A stretch of 64,000 nucleotides of DNA, taken from Eledone cirrhosa (taxonomy: Eukaryota). The stretch covers positions 13,144,001-13,208,000 of the forward strand of contig OZ024746.1 of NCBI GenBank assembly GCA_964016885.1, in the 5' to 3' direction. The notes under the pieces are model-generated. The model did no database searches. It was not told the origin of the DNA and saw nothing but the letters and a program-made list of their open reading frames with translations. This document shows positions 40,305-54,388 of the stretch, piece by piece (the stretch's first letter is position 1; every line of letters starts with the position of its first letter). The translations under genes were made by a program, and so were the position numbers.

Positions 40305-42415
40305 GACAGCTCAGTTGATTACTGTAGATAATAAACAGCTCAGTTTAGTCTTTAGTTTATTACTGTAGATAATAGACAGCTCAGCTGAGTCTTTAGTTTA
40401 TTACTGTAGATAATAAACAGCTCAGTTTAGTCTTTAGTTTATTACTGTAGATAATAGACAGCTCAGCTGAGTCTTTAGTTTATTACTGTAGATAATAGAC
40501 AGCTCAGTTTAGTCTTTAGTTTATTACTGTAGATAATAAACAGCTCAGTTTAGTCTTTAGTTTATTACTGTAGATAATAGACAGCTCAGCTGAGTCTTTA
40601 GTTTATTACTGTAGATAATAGACAGCTCAGTTTAGTCTTTAGTTTATTACTGTAGATAATAGACAGCTCAGCTGAGTCTTTAGTTTATTACTGTAGATAA
40701 TAAACAGCTCAGTTTAGTCTTTAGTTTATTACTGTAGATAATAGACAGCTCAGCTGAGTCTTTAGTTTATTACTGTAGATAATAAACAGCTCAGTTTAGT
40801 CTTTAGTTTATTACTGTAGATAATAGACAGCTCAGCTGAGTCTTTAGTTTATTACTGTAGATAATAGACAGCTCAGCTGAGTCTTTAGTTTATTACTGTA
40901 GATAATAGACAGCTCAGTTTAGTCTTTAGTTTATTACTGTAGATAATAGACAGCTCAGCTGAGTCTTTAGTTTATTACTGTAGATAATAGACAGCTCAGC
41001 TGAGTCTTTAGTTTATTACTGTAGATAATAGACAGCTCAGCTGAGTCTTTAGTTTATTACTGTAGATAATAAACAGCTCAGTTTAGTCTTTAGTTTATTA
41101 CTGTAGATAACAGATAGACAGCTCAACTGAGTCTTTAGTTTATTACTGTAGATAACAGATAGATAGCTCAGTTTAGTCTTTAGTTTATTACTGTAGATAA
41201 TAGACAGCTCAGCTGAGTCTTTAGTTTATTACTGTAGATAACAGATAGACAGCTCAGCTGAGTCTTTAGTTTATTACTGTAGATAATAGAGAGCTCAGCT
41301 GAGTCTTTAGTTTATTACTGTAGATAATAGACAGCTCAACTGAGACTTTAGTTTATTACTGTAGATAACAGATAGATAGCTCAGCTGAGTCTTTAGTTTA
41401 TTACTGTAGATAATAGACAGCTCAACTGAGACTTTAGTTTATTACTGTAGATAACAGATAGATAGCTCAGCTGAGTCTTTAGTTTATTACTGTAGATAAT
41501 AGACAGCTCAGCTGAGTCTTTAGTTTATTACTGTAGATAACAGATAGACAGCTCAGCTGAGTCTTTAGTTTATTACTGTAGATAATAGACAGCTCAACTG
41601 AGACTTTAGTTTATTACTGTAGATAACAGATAGATAGCTCAGTTTAGTCTTTAGTTTATTACTGTAGATAATAGAGAACTCAGCTGAGTCTTTAGTTTAT
41701 TACTGTAGATAATAGACAGCTCAGCGGAGTCTTTAGTTTATTACTGTATATAACAGATAGATAGCTCAGCTGAGTCTTTAGTTTATTACTGTAGATAATA
41801 GACAGCTCAGCTGAGTCTTTAGTTTATTACTGTAGATAACAGATAGATAGCTCAGCTGAGTCTTTAGTTTATTACTGTAGATAACAGATAGATAGCTCAG
41901 CTGAGTCTTTAGTTTATTACTGTAGATAATAGAGAACTCAGCTGAGTCTTTAGTTTATTACTGTAGATAATAGACAGCTCAACTGAGACTTTAGTTTATT
42001 ACTGTAGATAACAGATAGATAGCTCAGCTGAGTCTTTAGTTTATTACTGTAGATAATAGACAGCTCAGCTGAGTCTTTAGTTTATTACTGTAGATAATAG
42101 ACAGCTCAGCTGAGTCTTTAGTTTATTACTGTATATAACAGATAGATAGCTCAGCTGAGTCTTTAGTTTATTACTGTAGATAATAGACAGCTCAACTGAG
42201 ACTTTAGTTTATTACTGTAGATAACAGATAGATAGCTCAGCTGAGTCTTTAGTTTATTACTGTAGATAATAGACAGCTCAGCTGAGTCTTTAGTTTATTA
42301 CTGTAGATAATAGACAGCTCAGCTGAGTCTTTAGTTTATTACTGTATATAACAGATAGATAGCTCAGCTGAGTCTTTAGTTTATTACTGTAGATAATTAA
42401 CAGGCAGCTCAGCTT
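40305..42415. repeat. Minisatellite, 41/45-bp units, ~50 copies
   Basis: AGCTCAGCTGAGTCTTTAGTTTATTACTGTAGATAA(CAGA)TAGAC in tandem. Confidence 0.97.
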
Positions 42416-43339
42416 AGTCCAAGGCTCTGGATAACACATGACTGAAAAAGACATTAAACTCACAACAATCATTTTTTTTCTCTGCCTTCATCCTGGCAAT
42501 GGGTTTGTACCAACCTACTCAAAACTGCTTCTAGTTCTATGAAAGAGTTCCTAACACAATTTAATATAAGAACATTTTGTTAAATTATATTACAAATACC
42601 ATCTTAATAATGGTTTCCTATATTCCTTATATTATATTTTTCTTTTGGTTTTTTTATATTTAATAATAAAATATATTTTAGTGAATTCATCCAAATTCTT
42701 TATTAATTAATTCAAATACAGTGTGTTTTATTATGAATATGGTAATGAAAGGAATGGTTTAAGTAGAACAGTTTTAGATTAATGTTTATCAAATATTTAC
42801 AAACTAGTAGCTCTAGTTATGAGATAGCAGCTACTTTTTTATGGGTACTTGATTTGTTAATGATATTCACTCAGCCTTGATAATAAGGTCACCTACTATT
42901 GGTTAAGGTAGGTACACAGGAGAGGGGGGGGGGGGGCACTGATGACATGACATCATTAATAATACTAACAGGTTATCAGTTCAAATCTTCTTTACAGCAC
43001 TAGAGTGTATCTGTGACTAAAGTATTAATCTCTCAAACAACACAGTGTCCTTAGCTGTAAACATGTACAATTCACTGCTGAATGTATCTAGTAACATAAA
43101 TCTAACCCTTTTGTTACCATTTTTTTAATGAAAGGCTCCTGCCTAAGATTTTCAAATAATTTTGAATATAATCAAGAATTCACAGTTGTATAATAATATA
43201 ATAATATAATACTTACAGAACAAAAATACAAATAATATATAGAAATATAAACACATAAAAAAGATTAAAAAAGCATAAAAAAGAAAAAAAAGCAGGGGGA
43301 GGGGGGGAAACAAGTGCAACAATTAGCTGCACCTCACAC

Positions 43340-43500
43340 CTTAGGGGTTAACTAAATACTTTGAGGCAAGCCAATATGCTTGCAGCATTGCCACAGGTGA
43401 TGGTGAGGCTAAGGCGCTGAAACAACCAGGCACCCTCACAGGCATCATCTGATACCTGAGTAAGGCGAGCCACCAGCGATGACAAGAACTTTGCTGTCAG
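43340..43500 (-). mobile_element. CRE-clade LINE 3' fragment
   Basis: Minus strand AKFLSSLVARLTQVSDDACEGAWLFQRLSLTITCGNAASILA. Confidence 0.7.
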
Positions 43501-43879
43501 CGACCCAACTTAATTTAGATGGAGTAATATAAATAACTTTCTAATTATCAAACTGATTTTTAGAACATCTCTTAAAGGTTTTTTAATAAAATTATGAAGG
43601 TTTTTAGATAAATACAAACGCTTTAAAACAAATTGTTCTGTTACAGGTGAGTGTCAAAAAGGTTTTAATTGACAACTTCAATGTCTCCTGTGGGTTGTGA
43701 GTATAAGTTGACTCACCCACAATATACACTAAACAACATTGATAATACTATGAACCAGTGTATGTGTCTGTGAAACATATACATCAGGTTTGAAACACAA
43801 AGGAACCAAACTCCCACGGTAACTACCTCCATCTCTCGCACTCTCCCCACCTCTCACTATTATGAGCAATTGGGGGGCC

Positions 43880-44080
43880 CAAGCGCTGATTGCTCTGCGG
43901 ACAGAATAGAGAAGGCGTTTCCCTGGAGGATGGTGAGGGAGACGCACTGGAAGAGCCATTCAAGCTCACGAGCCTCACACCTGCAGGTAGCCAACTCTGT
44001 GCTGATGGTGGTGAGTAGGGAGGTGGCCCTAGGGCCAAGGACACCAGAAGAAGCTGAATTCTTCAACAATACAATCCTGC
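43880..44080 (-). mobile_element. CRE-clade LINE 3' fragment
   Basis: LGPRATSLLTTI..ELEWLFQCVSLTILQGNAFSIL, matching the CRE C-terminal WLFQRISxAIQRGNA pattern. Confidence 0.7.
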
Positions 44081-44814
44081 CTTTACTATCCACAGGCTTA
44101 TGAAACTCACCATACTTGCATATTTCCACTCACAACCAGATCTGCCATAATGATTTGTTATGACATCTCTCTTACAGAAGGAACTACTTTCTATAGAATT
44201 ATGTTTAGTTCCTTTCTTGTCATAAAGATATTCAATATTAAATGAGCTGTTTTGACGCAGCAATCAAACTGTTTAAACTTCAGAAATGTTGAACTTTCAT
44301 AACCTTATTTAAATTTATAGACAGAATTATTATTATTTATGCTTTACATGAAATAGATTTCATAATTTTGCCATAGCTATTTGATTTACATATATACGGA
44401 TATATATTTCAAATTCTTTTACTGTCATTGGTCTTGTTGTGGTGAATTAGCAGAGTTGTTAGAGCATCAGATAGAAGGCTTTGTGTTATTTGTTCCAGTT
44501 CTCTATGCTCTAAGTTCAAATCCTGCCAAAGTCAACTTTGCCTTTCATCCTTTCAAGGTCACCATTCTAGTAGTGGGGTCAATCCTTCCTCTACATCTCT
44601 TTTTTTTTTACTTCCTCTGTCTTCTTCTCTTGAAGGAATTGGCTGTATTCAATCCAGGAGAGGAGTAGGCTCTGCCAAGTTTAAAAGTTCATCGAGTAAT
44701 AAGGGTCCATATATACATTTAGACTTGACCATACTGGGATATGTCCTTGAAGGAGTTGAGGCCATTATATCAACCCCTAGTACTGATTTTATTAACTGAC
44801 TAAGTTCACATTTG

Positions 44815-47800
44815 TATAGACATTCGAATTGAGAGATCACAGCTCTGATACTATGGACATGTGGTTAGAATGTCTCACAGCTCTGGTACTATGGACATGG
44901 GGTTAGAATGTCTGAGGAAAGAAGCTCTGATACTATGGACATGTGGTTAGAATGTCTGAGGAAAGAAGCTCTGATACTATGGACATGTGGTTAGAATGTC
45001 TCACAGCTCTGGTACTATGGACATGTGGTTAGAATGTCTCACAGCTCTGGTACTATGGACATGGGGTTAGAATGTCTCACAGCTCTGATACTATGGACAT
45101 GGGGTTAGAATGTCTGAGGAAAGAAGCTCTGATACTATGGACATGGGGTTAGAATGTCTGAGGAAAGAAGCTCTGATACTATGGACATGTGGTTAGAATG
45201 TCTCACAGCTCTGGTACTATGGACATGTGGTTAGAATGTCTCACAGCTCTGGTACTATGGACATGTGGTTAGAATGTCTCACAGCTCTGGTACTATGGAC
45301 ATGTGGTTAGAATGTCTGAGGAAAGAAGCTCTGATACTATGGACATGTGGTTAGAATGTCTGAGGAAAGAAGCTCTGATACTATGGACATGTGGTTAGAA
45401 TGTCTGAGGAAAGAAGCTCTGATACTATGGACATGTGGTTAGAATGTCTCACAGCTCTGGTACTATGGACATGTGGTTAGAATGTCTCACAGCTCTGGTA
45501 CTATGGACATGGGGTTAGAATGTCTCACAGCTCTGATACTATGGACATGGGGTTAGAATGTCTGAGGAAAGAAGCTCTGATACTATGGACATGGGGTTAG
45601 AATGTCTGAGGAAAGAAGCTCTGATACTATGGACATGTGGTTAGAATGTCTCACAGCTCTGGTACTATGGACATGTGGTTAGAATGTTTCACAGCTCTGG
45701 TACTATGGACATGTGGTTAGAATGTCTCACAGCTCTGGTACTATGGACATGTGGTTAGAATGTCTGAGGAAAGAAGCTCTGATACTATGGACATGTGGTT
45801 AGAATGTCTGAGGAAAGAAGCTCTGATACTATGGACATGTGGTTAGAATGTCTGAGGAAAGAAGCTCTGATACTATGGACATGTGGTTAGAATGTCTCAC
45901 AGCTCTGGTACTATGGACATGTGGTTAGAATGTCTCACAGCTCTGGTACTATGGACATGGGGTTAGAATGTCTCACAGCTCTGATACTATGGACATGGGG
46001 TTAGAATGTCTGAGGAAAGAAGCTCTGATACTATGGACATGGGGTTAGAATGTCTGAGGAAAGAAGCTCTGATACTATGGACATGTGGTTAGAATGTCTC
46101 ACAGCTCTGGTACTATGGACATGTGGTTAGAATGTCTCACAGCTCTGGTACTATGGACATGTGGTTAGAATGTCTCACAGCTCTGGTACTATGGACATGT
46201 GGTTAGAATGTCTGAGGAAAGAAGCTCTGATACTATGGACATGTGGTTAGAATGTCTCACAGCTCTGATACTATGGACATGTGGTTAGAATGTCTGAGGA
46301 AAGAAGCTCTGATACTATGGACATGTGGTTAGAATGTCTCACAGCTCTGATACTATGGACATGGGGTTAGAATGTCTCACAGCTCTGATACTATGGACAT
46401 GTGGTTAGAATGTCTCACAGCTCTGATACTATGGACATGTGGTTAGAATGTCTCACAGCTCTGATACTATGGACATGTGGTTAGAATGTCTCACAGCTCT
46501 GATACTATGGACATGTGGTTAGAATGTCTCACAGCTCTGATACTATGGACATGTGGTTAGAATGTCTCACAGCTCTGATACTATGGACATGTGGTTAGAA
46601 TGTCTCACAGCTCTGATACTATGGACATGGGGTTAGAATGTCTCACAGCTCTGGTACTATGGACATGTGGTTAGAATGTCTGAGGAAAGAAGCTCTGAAA
46701 CTATGGACATGTGGTTAGAATGTCTCACAGCTCTGATACTATGGACATGTGGTTAGAATGTCTGAGGAAAGAAGCTCTGATACTATGGACATGTGGTTAG
46801 AATGTCTCACAGCTCTGATACTATGGACATGGGGTTAGAATGTCTCACAGCTCTGGTACTATGGACATGTGGTTAGAATGTCTGAGGAAGGAAGCTCTGA
46901 TACTATGGACATGTGGTTAGAATGTCTCACAGCTCTGATACTATGGACATGGGGTTAGAATGTCTCACAGCTCTGATACTATGGACATGTGGTTAGAATG
47001 TCTGAGGAAAGAAGCTCTGATACTATGGACATGGGGTTAGAATGTCTGAGGAAAGAAGCTCTGATACTATGGACATGTGGTTAGAATGTGTCACAGCTCT
47101 GATACTATGGACATGGGGTTAGAATGTCTCACAGCTCTGATACTATGGACATGTGGTTAGAATGTCTGAGGAAAGAAGCTCTGATACTATGGACATGGGG
47201 TTAGAATGTCTGAGGAAAGAAGCTCTGATACTATGGACATGTGGTTAGAATGTCTCACAGCTCTGGTACTATGGACATGTGGTTAGAATGTCTCACAGCT
47301 CTGGTACTATGGACATGTGGTTAGAATGTCTCACAGCTCTGGTACTATGGACATGTGGTTAGAATGTCTCACAGCTCTGATACTATGGACATGGGGTTAG
47401 AATGTCTCACAGCTCTGATACTATGGACATGTGGTTAGAATGTCTGAGGAAAGAAGCTCTGATACTATGGACATGGGGTTAGAATGTCTGAGGAAAGAAG
47501 CTCTGATACTATGGACATGTGGTTAGAATGTCTCACAGCTCTGATACTATGGACATGTGGTTAGAATGTCTGAGGAAAGAAGCTCTGATACTATGGACAT
47601 GGGGTTAGAATGTCTGAGGAAAGAAGCTCTGATACTATGGACATGGGGTTAGAATGTCTCACAGCTCTGATACTATGGACATGTGGTTAGAATGTCTGAG
47701 GAAAGAAGCTCTGATACTATGGACATGGGGTTAGAATGTCTGAGGAAAGAAGCTCTGATACTATGGACATGTGGTTAGAATGTCTCAGGAAAGAAGCTCT

Positions 47801-48310
47801 GGTACTATGGACATGGGGTTAGAATGTCTGAGGAAAGAAGCTCTGATACTATGGACATGTGGTTAGAATGTCTCAGGAAAGAAGCTCTGGTACTATGGAC
47901 ATGGGGTTAGAATGTCTCACAGCTCTGATACTATGGACATGGGGTTAGAATGTCTCACAGCTCTGATACTATGGACATGTGGTTAGAATGTCTGAGGAAA
48001 GAAGCTCTGATACTATGGACATGTGGTTAGAATGTCTGAGGAAAGAAGCTCTGGTACTATGGACATGGGGTTAGAATGTCTGAGGAAAGAAGCTCTGATA
48101 CTATGGACATGGGGTTAGAATGTCTCAGGAAAGATTTGCAGCAGAAGACCCAGAGGTAGACCCCGAGCAAGATGGTTGAATAAACATCCATGAGTTTGGT
48201 TGGTCTCGCTTGGGGATCCAGCTAGACCAGCTGGAGACAGTTGCTTCTGAGAGGACCCGCTGGAAGGAGTGTCTGAGGATTCTTCCCCCACAACCCTTGC
48301 AAGAATAAGT
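44815..48310 (+). mobile_element. RTE LINE 3' fragment (Rex3/Expander-like C-terminus) interrupted by a tandem amplification of its own sequence
   Basis: IERSQL(x)YYGHVVRMS before/at the array; QERFA..RRPRGRPRARWLN..GWSRLGI..WKECLRILPPQP after it. Confidence 0.8.
44839..48130. repeat. Minisatellite, 38/44-bp units, ~80 copies, with a 448-bp higher-order repeat
   Basis: AGCTCTGRTACTATGGACATGKGGTTAGAATGTCT(CAC|GAGGAAAGA); the same 11-unit order starts at 45005, 45453 and 45901. Confidence 0.97.
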
Positions 48311-48781
48311 TTATCTATTAAGTTACATGATTTCCAAGGGGTACACCAAATACACAACAAGCTTCCACATAATTTCTTTATCCAACAATGAATCCTTCTA
48401 GAACCTCTCCCTTTATCTTCCTAATCATCACTTAGCTGTGAGAAATAAAATTAAACCTTTTTGCACTAACACTGCCCCATTCTCCTCCAGCAAATTTTGG
48501 GGGAGCGGGAAAAGTCAATTATGTTTGAGCAGGGAAAGTCAATTATCTACTTAACTGGAAGAAAGGCAAAGTTAAACTTGGCAGGATTGGAACTTAGAAC
48601 ATAAAAAGTCGTAAATGTTGCAAAAAATTTTGTCCAACAGATCAATACCTTTCCTGTTTCTCAATAAACAGCATAATTAATTAACTTTAATTAACTCTCA
48701 GAGAACAGAAATTGTGATGCGATTCCAGATATGTTTGACAGTTGTTTATATTATAACTAATAACTATATATATATAATAAT

Positions 48782-48888
48782 TGCTTCTACTTTAGGCACA
48801 AGGCCAGCAATTACCCAGTGCATTACTGGTACTTTATTTTATCGACCCCGTAAGGATGAAAGGCAAAGTCAACCTCGGCAGGATTTGA
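48782..48888 (-). mobile_element. SINE family A copy (5'-truncated)
   Basis: GGCACAAGGCCAGCAATTACCCAGTGCATTACTGGTAC..GGCAGGATTTGAA. Confidence 0.8.
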
Positions 48889-49005
48889 ATAATAAATTTG
48901 AAGACTAAAATCCAAAGAGGGCTTGATAAGGATAAATATATATCAAATATATAAGAACCCTAGAGCAAATATTTATTTGCTTAAACTTTAATCTGTTATT
49001 TTAAT
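48888..49005. mobile_element. Very short inverted relic of the Naiad/Penelope pLTR end
   Basis: 48888-48978 matches the reverse complement of 55682-55772; 48976-49005 matches 55655-55685 directly. Confidence 0.75.
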
Positions 49006-49020
49006 ATATATATATATATA

Positions 49021-49310
49021 TCATCATCATCATCATCATCAACGTTTAACGTCCGTGTTCCACGCTTGCATGGGTTTGGACGGGGGTAGTCCCACTTGAG
49101 GCAAGAGTGATTGTCTTGCTCGCATAGGACTGTCTGGCAGGTTTTCTACAGTTGGATGCCCTTCCTAACACCAACCACATTTACAGTGTGGGTCTGGGAG
49201 GTTTTTACCGTGTTGCCTACACGGCCACATTACAGCGTGGACTGTGTGTTTTTTTGTCGTGACACCTACACGATCTCATTTGTTTCGGCCTGGATGGTGT
49301 GGCACCAACA
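49021..49310 (-). mobile_element. SINE B-type 3' tail copy
   Basis: (CAT)n AACGTTTAACGTCC..GGATGCCCTTCCTAACACCAACC. Confidence 0.7.
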
Positions 49311-49384
49311 CATATATATATATATATAGTGTTGTTGTTAAGTCACCACTGAAGACTGTTTATTAGTGATGACATCATGACATC

Positions 49385-49710
49385 ATCATTTTACGTCCGC
49401 TTTTCCCTGCTTGCAAGGGTGGGATGGGAACTGATTCTGGCTTGATTTCTACAGCTGGATGCCCTTCCTAACACCAACCTCATTTACAGTGTTGGCTGGG
49501 TGCTTTTTTGCCGTGGCACCTCCACGACCACTTTGCAGTGGAATGATATGGACCCCTGTCCCTATCATCTCATTTCTACAGCTGAGTAAACTGGAGCAAT
49601 GTGAAATAAAGTGTCTTGCTCAAGGAAACAACACATGACCCGGTTTGAGAATTGAACTCACAACCTTTCGATTGCAAGGCCAATGCTCTAACCACTAAGC
49701 CATGTGCCTC
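49385..49710 (-). mobile_element. SINE family B copy, full length
   Basis: Near-identical to 35655-35980. Confidence 0.85.
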
Positions 49711-50694
49711 ATATATATATTTATTATATTGTATTGTTAAGTCACCAGTGAAGTCACTACTAATGTAGTAGCAGTTGGAATTTTATACATGAATATCATT
49801 AGTAACTTTTCAGGATACATGATTTTTCTCTTCCCAGTTATATTACCAGAATACAATGTGATAGAGATCATCTCAATATTTTTCAGGTAGTTAATGGCAT
49901 GGATCATCAATCAATGTAAGTGGCTGAGCATTCCACTGATATGTGTACCCTTAACAAGGATATTCAGCATGACAAAGCTGGCCCTTTACAGTTACAGTTT
50001 ATCCAACAGGCTTCCAAACAGTTTCAATCTATCCACTTTCATTCACAAGGTTACGTATGGTAAATGACACTAGCTCAAAATGCCTTGCAGTGGGATTGAA
50101 CCAGAGACCTAAAGATTGTGAAGCAAACATCTTAACCATTTGGCCATTATACATCCAGGTAGTTAAGAGTCTTCCATTTCTGGTTATAAGAAGTTTTAGC
50201 TCATTACTGTAAGTTAACACAACACGTTAATGAAAGCAGGTCTTACCATTCACACAGTATCTATTTAGAGGTAGGTTAATAAGGCCATTGAGAATTGTCT
50301 CTTTTATAATACACACCAGCAACTCAGCCTGCTGTGACTTCCCCATAACAGAAATGGCTGAATTTGCATTACCATTGTAAATAAAACATCAAAACAACAC
50401 AAACAGACACACACATACCATAAGCTATGAAGGTGGATTGTTGATGTAAAAAATAAGCTTCTAAAATAAACAAACAGTAGGTAAATGATCTAAAAACTGA
50501 AGATGTGGGTTTTAAAACACATCTGAAGTTAACTAATTTCTTCTAGCTGATTTTCCTGTGGTTTGTTTTGTTTTTAAATGGCAAACAACTGTTTAATTAT
50601 CTTTGCTATAGAGAACAAAGACCTTTCCAAGAAGTATTAACGAACAAGAAATACATGCATCTCATAACAAAATAGATATATATATATATACACA

Positions 50695-50950
50695 TCATCA
50701 TCATCACCGTTTTACGTCCATTCTTCCACGCTAGCATGGGTTAGACGGGGTGTCCTGTTGTGGGCAGTGTCTGGTCGGCTGACCATGCGTTGCTCATACA
50801 GGAACTGATTTGGCTTGATTTCTACAGCTGGATGCCCTTCCTAACACCAACCTCATTTACAGTGAGTGCTGGGTGCTTTTTCGTGGAGCCTACACGTCCA
50901 CTTTACAGTGTGGGCTGGGTGCTTTTTTGCCGTGGCACCTCCATGACCAC
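50695..50950 (-). mobile_element. SINE family B 3' part
   Basis: Reverse complement of ~7500-7763. Confidence 0.8.
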
Positions 50951-50952
50951 AT

Positions 50953-50988
<36 letters not shown>

Positions 50989-50990
50989 AC

Positions 50991-51021
<31 letters not shown>

Positions 51022-51073
51022 ATATATATGTATATATATATAATATATATATATATTATATATATGTATAATA

Positions 51074-51122
<49 letters not shown>

Positions 51123-51215
51123 ATATTATATATATATATATATTATATGTATATATATATATATGTATATATATATATGTATATATATGTATATATATAT
51201 ATATATATATTGTAT

Positions 51216-51251
<36 letters not shown>

Positions 51252-51257
51252 TAGTAT

Positions 51258-51288
<31 letters not shown>

Positions 51289-51405
51289 GTATAATATATA
51301 TATTATATATATATGTATATATATATGTATATATATATATATTGTGTATATACATATATATGTATATATATATATGTATATATATACATGTATATATATA
51401 TATGT

Positions 51406-51448
<43 letters not shown>

Positions 51449-51905
51449 AATATATCTTGCCTCAAGTGGGACTACCCCCGTCCAAACCCATGCAAGCGTG
51501 GAACACGGACGTTAAACGTTGATGATGATGATATATGTATATATATATATATATATATGTATATATGTTATATATATACATATGTACATACATAAATATA
51601 TGTACATATATATGTATACATACATATATATATATACATATATATGTATACATACATATATATACATATATATATGTACATACATATATATATGTACATA
51701 CATAAATATATATACATATATAATATATAATACATATATATGTATACATACATATATATATATACATATATATGTATACATACATATATATATATACATA
51801 CATATATATATATATATACATACATAATATATAAATACATACATATATATATATATACATACATATAATATATATACATACATATATATATATACATACA
51901 TACAA

Positions 51906-51946
<41 letters not shown>

Positions 51947-52484
51947 ATACATACATATATATATATAATACATACATATATATATATACATACATATATA
52001 TATATACATACATATATATGATATACATACATATATATGTATACATATATATATATGTATACATATATATATATACATATATATGTATACATATATATGT
52101 ATACATACATAATATATACATATATATATATACATATATAATACATATATATATACATATATATATACATATATATATATACATATATATATACATATAT
52201 ATATATACATATATATAATACATATATATATTACATATATATATACATATATATATACATATATATATACATATATATATACATATATATATATACATAT
52301 ATATATACATATATATATACATATATATATACATATATATATACATATATATATACATATATATATATACATATATATATATACATATATATTACTATAT
52401 ATATATACATATATATATACATATATATATATACATATATATATACATATATACATATATATATATACATATATATATATATAC

Positions 52485-52515
<31 letters not shown>

Positions 52516-52651
52516 ATATATATATACATATATATATAATATATACATATATATATACATATATAATATATACATATATATATACATATATATATATATA
52601 TACATATATATATACATACATATATATATACATACATATATATATACATAC

Positions 52652-52687
<36 letters not shown>

Positions 52688-52693
52688 CATACA

Positions 52694-52751
<58 letters not shown>

Positions 52752-52765
52752 CATAATATATATAT

Positions 52766-52798
<33 letters not shown>

Positions 52799-52942
52799 TA
52801 TATACATATATATATACATAACATATATATATATACATAAATATAATATATATACTATTATACATATACTATACTATATATAATATACATACATATATAT
52901 ATATATATATACATATACATACATATATATATATATACATAC

Positions 52943-52973
<31 letters not shown>

Positions 52974-53234
52974 CATATATATATATACATATACATACAT
53001 ATATATATATATACATACATATATATATATATACATACATATATATATATATACATACATATATATATATACATACATATATATATACATATATATATAC
53101 ATATACATATATATATACATATATATATACATATACATATATATATACATATATATATACATATATATATATATATACATATATATATACATATATATAT
53201 ATACATATATATATATACATACATATATATATAC

Positions 53235-53283
<49 letters not shown>

Positions 53284-53378
53284 CATATATATATACATAT
53301 ATATATATATATACATATATATACATACACATATATATATATATACATATATATACATACATATATATATACATACAT
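50950..53378. repeat. Very long (AT)/(ATAC) microsatellite, interrupted by a SINE tail at 51455-51532
   Basis: Direct. Confidence 0.97.
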
Positions 53379-53394
53379 ATATTTATTAAAATAA

Positions 53395-53468
53395 CAGATT
53401 AAAGTTTAAGCAAAGAATCGCTGCTTTCACCCTTAACGGGATCTTCTGAAACTAACAAAGTCAATCTG
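53395..53468 (-). ncRNA. Hammerhead-like fold in the 3' pLTR (element sense strand), non-canonical core
   Basis: Reverse complement of 55601-55674. Confidence 0.55.
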
Positions 53469-54388
53469 TAAACGCAGAACTGGATATTTCAAAAAACGTT
53501 GCAACCGGAGGAAGACAGGAAGACGATACTTTGGTTCGTGGTGACGTTTGCTGGCAAAGAACGGGAAAAAAACCGAATAATACGTCATTAATAGGAGCGG
53601 TGAAAAACAATTACGTGCAAGGGACAGAACCACGTTTATGGTATAAAAGAGGTCGTAGACTAATGTTCTCTAAGTGGTGCATAGAGACGTTCTCTGGCAA
53701 TGAACGAAAAAAACGAAGATAATAAGTCATATGTGGAGCGTGGAGAACAATAGCACGCAAAGACAAAACCACGTAAATGGTATAGCAGAAGTCGTAGACT
53801 AAAATTCTAACTAGGAGACCGAATGAATCCCCGCTACAGAGTTAAGAACAAAGTAAATAAATACATTACAGAAGTAATAGGAACAAATAAATACATACAC
53901 GCAAACAGATACGTACATACACAAGCATACGCAAAACCTTACCATAGGTATACAAAACCACGCAATATAAATATGTGTATGTGTGTATGCTTGTGTACAA
54001 ATAAATAAATAATTATATAAACGTATATAAGTAAATAAATACGTATATAACAAGCGCACACACATACCTACAAATAAATACATGAAGGTTCGGAGACGTA
54101 AGTCAACTAAAACAAGAAGTACACATATACACACACCCACCATACGTACGAACCTGCATACTCACGCAGACGCAAAACTCCCATATACACATAACCAAGC
54201 CCTAAATACCAGAATATGTAAAAATTATACGCCAAAACAGTCAAATATACGTACGAGAAGGTATACATACCTTCACAAAACATACGGGTAATATATACTT
54301 ACCTATGCAAAAAGTAAAGGAATAAACAAAACATATACTTAGCTCCCACATCAAGACGAAAATATCCACGTATAGATCGTGCTATCCG

